From: Minisyncoccia bacterium
Lineage (GTDB): Bacteria; Patescibacteriota; Minisyncoccia; Phycocordibacterales; UBA918
Assembly (NCBI GenBank): GCA_041736805.1
Contig: JBGSSW010000011.1
Location: 18,395 to 82,394, forward strand
Length of the DNA stretch: 64,000 bases
Direction: 5' to 3'
Translations under genes and position numbers: made by a program
Shown here: one piece after another, positions 59,610-64,000 of the stretch
How positions within the stretch are numbered: the first letter of the stretch is position 1
How the letters are laid out: each line of letters opens with the position of its first letter
Notes under the pieces: model-generated
Told to the model about the DNA's origin: nothing
Database searches by the model: none
Seen by the model: only the letters and a program-made list of their open reading frames with translations

Positions 59610-59682
59610 GACCGATTAGCTCAGCTGGTAGAGCGCTACATTGACATTGTAGAGGCCACAAGTTCAAGTCTTGTATCGGTCA
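59610..59682 (+). tRNA. tRNA-Val (GAC)
   Basis: Acceptor GACCGAT/ATCGGTC with discriminator A. D-arm TAGCTCAGCTGGTAGAGCG. Anticodon stem CTACA/TGTAG, loop TTGACAT. T-arm ACAAG-TTCAAGT-CTTGT. Confidence 0.8.
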
Positions 59683-59691
59683 CACAAGTAT

Positions 59692-59726
59692 AAAAACGCC
59701 TAGTCTTTTAAGACTAGGCGTTTTTA
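59692..59726. terminator. rho-independent terminator after tRNA-Val
   Basis: AAAAA-CGCCTAGTCT-TTTA-AGACTAGGCG-TTTTT. A second hairpin, GGAAGCAAA-CTG-CTTTGCTTCC, follows. Confidence 0.65.
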
Positions 59727-59995
59727 TAGGAAGCAAACTGCTTTGCTTCCGCACTTGTGTGACAGGCGGAAACATCTTTTCTTCCCTTTCATCAGAAAGA
59801 AAAGGGTTGCGCCGGGGTCGAGAGTACTTATGAAAGCAGTGAATTAGTAACTCGTGACCACAAGTAATTCAACCTAATGTTGCTTGCTGCCTCTGTGACA
59901 GCCATAGATAAAAATATATTAAAATGCAAATAATTTGCATTTTAATATAATTTTATAGACACTAGCTGCGTTCTCTTGTATAGTGCGAACTCAAT

Positions 59996-61165
59996 ATGAT
60001 TATTCTTTCCATCGAAACCAGTTGTGATGAGACGGCTATCAGTATTGTAGAAGCGGTTGGTGATTTTCCCAGTGCTACATATAAAATACTAGGTAACGCC
60101 CTGTTTTCACAAATAGATATTCATCGAGAATTTGGTGGAGTCTTTCCCACCATCGCCAAACGCGAACATATCGCTACTATTTTACCGATGCTAGAAAAGG
60201 CTTTGGCAAGTTCAGGTTTTAAACCAGAATACACCCCAGAATTAAATCCGGAGAAAGTAGAAAAAGTTAGGAAAATATTAGAAAGAGAAACGGGCCTAGC
60301 TGACCAATTAATTAATTTTCATAATAAATTTGGACAGCCACCGATTGATGCTATCGCTGTAACTAGTGGGCCAGGGCTAGAGCCAGCCCTGTGGGTAGGT
60401 ATAAATTTTGCTAAAGCTTTAGCCACGCTCTGGAACGTACTAGTAGTACCAGTAGACCACATGGAAGGACATATTTTAGCTTCTATTTATGATGGACATA
60501 TCTTAGCTCCTCTAAAATTCCCGGCTTTGGCACTTTTGGTCTCTGGCGGACATACAGAAATGATACTTATGACTGACTGGGGTCAGTATAAAAAAGTCGG
60601 TCAAACTAGGGATGATGCCGTAGGTGAAGCTTTTGATAAAGTCGCCCGCTTACTTGGTCTACCCTATCCCGGCGGACCAGAAATTGGACGTTTAGCCGAA
60701 GAAGCTCGAAACAAAAATCTTCCTGTCTTTGAAAGAATGCCTCGACCAATGATGAATTCTGGTGATTTAGACTTTTCTTTTTCTGGCTTAAAAACCGCCG
60801 CTAGATACGCAATTGCGGACAAGGACCTGTCTGAAGATAACAAGAAGTCTTTAGCTCGAGATTTTGAAGATGCGGCTATTGATGTCCTGATTCACAAATC
60901 AATCAAAGCCATTGAGAAGTACAACGTGGGTAGCTTTATTCTTGGCGGCGGAGTTTCGGCCAGTAATTATTTAAGAAAAGCTGTTACCGCTTTAAACTCA
61001 CCGCAATCTTTTCCTGACCTGAAAGTATTTCTGCCCGAAAAATCTCTCTCGACTGACAATAGTATTATGATTGCCTTGGCTGGTCATGCCAGAATCAAAG
61101 AAGCCCTGACTGCAGAAATTTTTACTAATACAATTAAAGCTGATGGAAACCGGTCTTTGGATTAA
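59996..61165 (+). CDS. tsaD: tRNA N6-adenosine threonylcarbamoyltransferase TsaD (Kae1/Gcp family)
   Basis: N-terminal ILSIETSCDETAISIV and ASKH-fold body. Confidence 0.8.
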   Translation: MIILSIETSCDETAISIVEAVGDFPSATYKILGNALFSQIDIHREFGGVFPTIAKREHIATILPMLEKALASSGFKPEYTPELNPEKVEKVRKILERETGLADQLINFHNKFGQPPIDAIAVTSGPGLEPALWVGINFAKALATLWNVLVVPVDHMEGHILASIYDGHILAPLKFPALALLVSGGHTEMILMTDWGQYKKVGQTRDDAVGEAFDKVARLLGLPYPGGPEIGRLAEEARNKNLPVFERMPRPMMNSGDLDFSFSGLKTAARYAIADKDLSEDNKKSLARDFEDAAIDVLIHKSIKAIEKYNVGSFILGGGVSASNYLRKAVTALNSPQSFPDLKVFLPEKSLSTDNSIMIALAGHARIKEALTAEIFTNTIKADGNRSLD

Positions 61166-61240
61166 TTTGTGACAATTTCTTTCTCTAAATACTTCAAATA
61201 AACACTTTTTGTGGTAATATTCGTTTCTAACTAAGTCATT

Positions 61241-63469
61241 ATGAACGAGTCCGAATCACAAAATAAGCCAAATATTCCAGAGGTTTTTCTAAATCCTTAT
61301 AATCCGGCAGACTATGAACAGAAACTATATAAAATGTGGGAAGATTCTGGTTTTTTTAACCCTGACGTCTGTATAAAAAAGGGTGTTACTTCTCCAGAGG
61401 CGGAGACTTTTTCGATTGTCCTTCCGCCTCCAAACGTCACAGGGACACTGCACATGGGTCACGCTGCGATGCTAGCAATTGAAGATATCCTGATTCGTTA
61501 CCACCGCATGCAGGGTAAAAGAACGCTTTGGATTCCTGGCACGGATTCTGCGGCACTAGCTACCCAATCAAAAGTTGAAGGGATTATTTTTAAGGAAGAA
61601 AAAAAACGTCGTGATGAAATAGGTCGTGAAGAACTTCTAAAAAGAATAACGGCTTTTGCTGAAGAAAGTAAAGATACTATTCTAAATCAAACTCGAAAAA
61701 TGGGCTCTAGTCTAGACTGGTCTCGTTATGCCTACACTCTTGATGATACCCGTTACAAGGCAGTGATGACGGCTTTTGTGAATATGTATAAAGACGATTT
61801 AATCTATCGTGGCGACCGTATCATCAACTGGGACCCAAACATGCAGACAACTGTATCTGATGATGAAATTGAGTACGTAGAAAAGACTGACCCCTTTTAT
61901 TATTTTAAATACGGACCATTTACAATCGGAACCGTTCGTCCTGAAACTAAGTTCGGTGACAAATATGTAGTCATGCATCCAGATGATGTTCGCTACAAGG
62001 AATATAAACATGGTCAAACCATTGAAGTCGAATGGATAAACGGACCAATTACAGCCACGATCATTAAAGACGAAGCAGCAGACCCTGAAATCGGTACTGG
62101 TGTTATGACTATTACTCCTTGGCACTCTACCGTCGATTATGAAATAGCCGAACGGCATGGATTAGATAAAGAGCAGGTTATTGATGAGCGCGGTCTTTTA
62201 CTCCCAATTGCTGGGGAATTTGCTGGACAACATATTAAAAAAGTCCGAGCTGCTATTCTTGAAAAAATGCAGTCCAAAAATTTGATAGAGCGAGTTGATG
62301 AAAAATACATCCACAATATTGCTACCAACAGCCGCGGCGGCGGGACAATTGAACCACAAATTAAACGTCAATGGTTTGTGGCCGTTAATAAAAAATTTAT
62401 TTTAAAACATTCTGAAATTCCTGGTGTCCCTAGTGGTAGTGAAGTAACCCTCAAAGAGCTTATGGTTGCGGCAGTTGAGCATGGAGGAACCGACATCTTT
62501 CCCGAACGTTTTAAGCGAGTCTATTTTAACTGGATAAATAACCTGCGTGACTGGTGTATTTCAAGACAAATTTGGTTTGGTCATCGTATTCCGGTTTGGT
62601 ACAAAGGCGATGAAATTTACTGTGGTGTAGAAGCTCCTACGGGCGAAGGCTGGTTGCAAGACCACGACACTTTAGATACTTGGTTTTCTTCTGGTCTTTG
62701 GACTTTTTCAACTCTTGGTTGGCCAGAGAAAACAGAGGATTTAAAAACCTATCATCCTACTACCGTCCTCGAAACAGGCTATGATATTATATTTTTTTGG
62801 GTTGCGCGTATGATTCTAATGAGTACTTATCACCTTGGTCAGGTACCGTTTAAAAACGTCTATATGCATGGTCTAATTCGCGATGAGAAAGGTAAAAAAA
62901 TGAGTAAATCCCTTGGTAATGTAATTGACCCGCTTACCATGATTGATAAGTATGGCACTGACGCGACGCGTCTATCGCTTATTATTGGTGCCGCTCCCGG
63001 TAATGATATGCCTTTATCAGAAAATAAAGTGAAGGGTTATAAAAACTTTGGCAATAAAATCTGGAATATTAGTCGCTTTATTCTTACTCATACTGCTGAT
63101 TTAGATACAAAGAACTTTGTGTCAAAGAGTATTCGGGATGAAGAAATTATTGCTCAACTAAAATCAACCGTAGCTGATGTAAGTAGTGAAATTGAAAAAT
63201 TTAATCTTTATTTAGCTGGAGAAAAAGCCTACCATTATGTCTGGAGTGAATTGGCTGATGTTATTCTTGAGGAATCTAAACTTATCTTAAACGGTACAAA
63301 CTTAGAGGAGAAAAATTCACGCCAAATTGTTTTACTTGAATGTCTAACCACCTCACTAAAACTTCTGCATCCTTTCATGCCTTTTGTGACTGAAGCAATT
63401 TGGCAGGAGCTACCTGTTGAAATGAAAGATAGTGACATGCTCATGGTTGCAAAGTGGCCAAACGCCTAA
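61241..63469 (+). CDS. valS: valine--tRNA ligase, short form
   Basis: Class I HIGH motif PPPNVTGTLHMGHA (typical of ValRS) and KMSKS (KMSKSLGN). 742 aa. Confidence 0.7.
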   Translation: MNESESQNKPNIPEVFLNPYNPADYEQKLYKMWEDSGFFNPDVCIKKGVTSPEAETFSIVLPPPNVTGTLHMGHAAMLAIEDILIRYHRMQGKRTLWIPGTDSAALATQSKVEGIIFKEEKKRRDEIGREELLKRITAFAEESKDTILNQTRKMGSSLDWSRYAYTLDDTRYKAVMTAFVNMYKDDLIYRGDRIINWDPNMQTTVSDDEIEYVEKTDPFYYFKYGPFTIGTVRPETKFGDKYVVMHPDDVRYKEYKHGQTIEVEWINGPITATIIKDEAADPEIGTGVMTITPWHSTVDYEIAERHGLDKEQVIDERGLLLPIAGEFAGQHIKKVRAAILEKMQSKNLIERVDEKYIHNIATNSRGGGTIEPQIKRQWFVAVNKKFILKHSEIPGVPSGSEVTLKELMVAAVEHGGTDIFPERFKRVYFNWINNLRDWCISRQIWFGHRIPVWYKGDEIYCGVEAPTGEGWLQDHDTLDTWFSSGLWTFSTLGWPEKTEDLKTYHPTTVLETGYDIIFFWVARMILMSTYHLGQVPFKNVYMHGLIRDEKGKKMSKSLGNVIDPLTMIDKYGTDATRLSLIIGAAPGNDMPLSENKVKGYKNFGNKIWNISRFILTHTADLDTKNFVSKSIRDEEIIAQLKSTVADVSSEIEKFNLYLAGEKAYHYVWSELADVILEESKLILNGTNLEEKNSRQIVLLECLTTSLKLLHPFMPFVTEAIWQELPVEMKDSDMLMVAKWPNA

Positions 63470-63534
63470 TCCCCTGAAACTGTTCAGGAAATTAAAAGTC
63501 ACGTATTTTGCTGATACAATGCTACTAGTATGGC

Positions 63535-64000
63535 CTCGACTAATTTTGCAGTCGCCTTTCTAGCTGGTCTAATACCAGCCCTTTTTTGGCTCTGGTTTTG
63601 GCTACGCGAAGACCAAAAAAAACCCGAGCCAATACTACTTATCATTATTACTTTTATTGCCGGAATGATTGTTGTTCCAATTGCCCTTCCTTTACAAAAA
63701 TTGGCGATTGGGCTTTATGAAGGAATGAACTTAACTTTAGTTTGGGTAATGATTGAAGAAATACTGAAGTACACAGCTGCTCTTATCGTTATTTTTTGGA
63801 ATAAAGCAGTTGACGAGCCAATTGACTATATTATTTACATGATAGCTATTGCTTTAGGTTTTGCTTCACTTGAAAATGCTTTATTTATATTAAATCCTCT
63901 AACTAATAATGAATATATCACCGTTGCTGTAACTGGTTCTTTTAGGTTTTTGGGAGCAACATTATTACACGTTCTAGCATCGGCAACCATCGGCGTCTTC
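63535..64000 (+). CDS. PrsW-family intramembrane protease-like protein (partial, runs off the window end)
   Basis: Polytopic membrane protein with the EExxK (MIEEILKY) and GFASLEN motifs of the PrsW family. Confidence 0.5.

Overview
This 64-kb window looks like a low-GC (~38–40% by eye) Candidate Phyla Radiation / Patescibacteria-type chromosome segment. Supporting signs are a short IF-2, a short S1, tRNA genes with no encoded CCA, and several VirB2/TrbC-like small pilin genes.

The backbone housekeeping genes are a class A PBP convergent with a giant alpha-2-macroglobulin gene, a zwf–gnd–pgl operon, clpB, a cysteine desulfurase, infB–rbfA, trhO, gyrA, rpsA, pth, lepB, a HisRS-like gene, rpsU, ybeY, ftsA–ftsZ, trxB, an EEP-family gene, tsaD, valS and a PrsW-like gene. 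I call eight tRNAs: a type-II Ser-like tRNA, Tyr, Cys, Leu-TAA, Lys, Leu-TAG, Glu and Val.

Two blocks that look GC-richer (~45–52% by eye) interrupt this backbone and appear foreign.
- Block 1 (1–5140) lies next to a type-II tRNA. It carries a large serine recombinase, two adjacent proteins with HEPN-like WRNxLxH motifs, and a zinc-ribbon protein.
- Block 2 (13996–19300) is a co-directional minus-strand operon. It holds a ParB-fused beta-class DNA methyltransferase, a second methyltransferase, an HTH-like small protein and three unknown proteins. It ends at a structured ~70-nt repeat that recurs in the tRNA cluster.

Other features that stand out:
- Two secreted proteins fuse a VirB2-like signal-peptide/two-TM module to peptidoglycan hydrolase domains (an SLT lytic transglycosylase and a LAS/M15-like metallopeptidase).
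- Four small pilin-like paralogues sit in tandem.
- The tRNA cluster (36.3–37.9 kb) is full of perfect palindromic terminators, duplicated tRNA fragments and two families of conserved structured repeats.
- Two 88-bp tandem units upstream of tRNA-Val each begin with the tRNA's first 22 nt.

All calls come from reading the sequence and the ORF translations; no database search was run.
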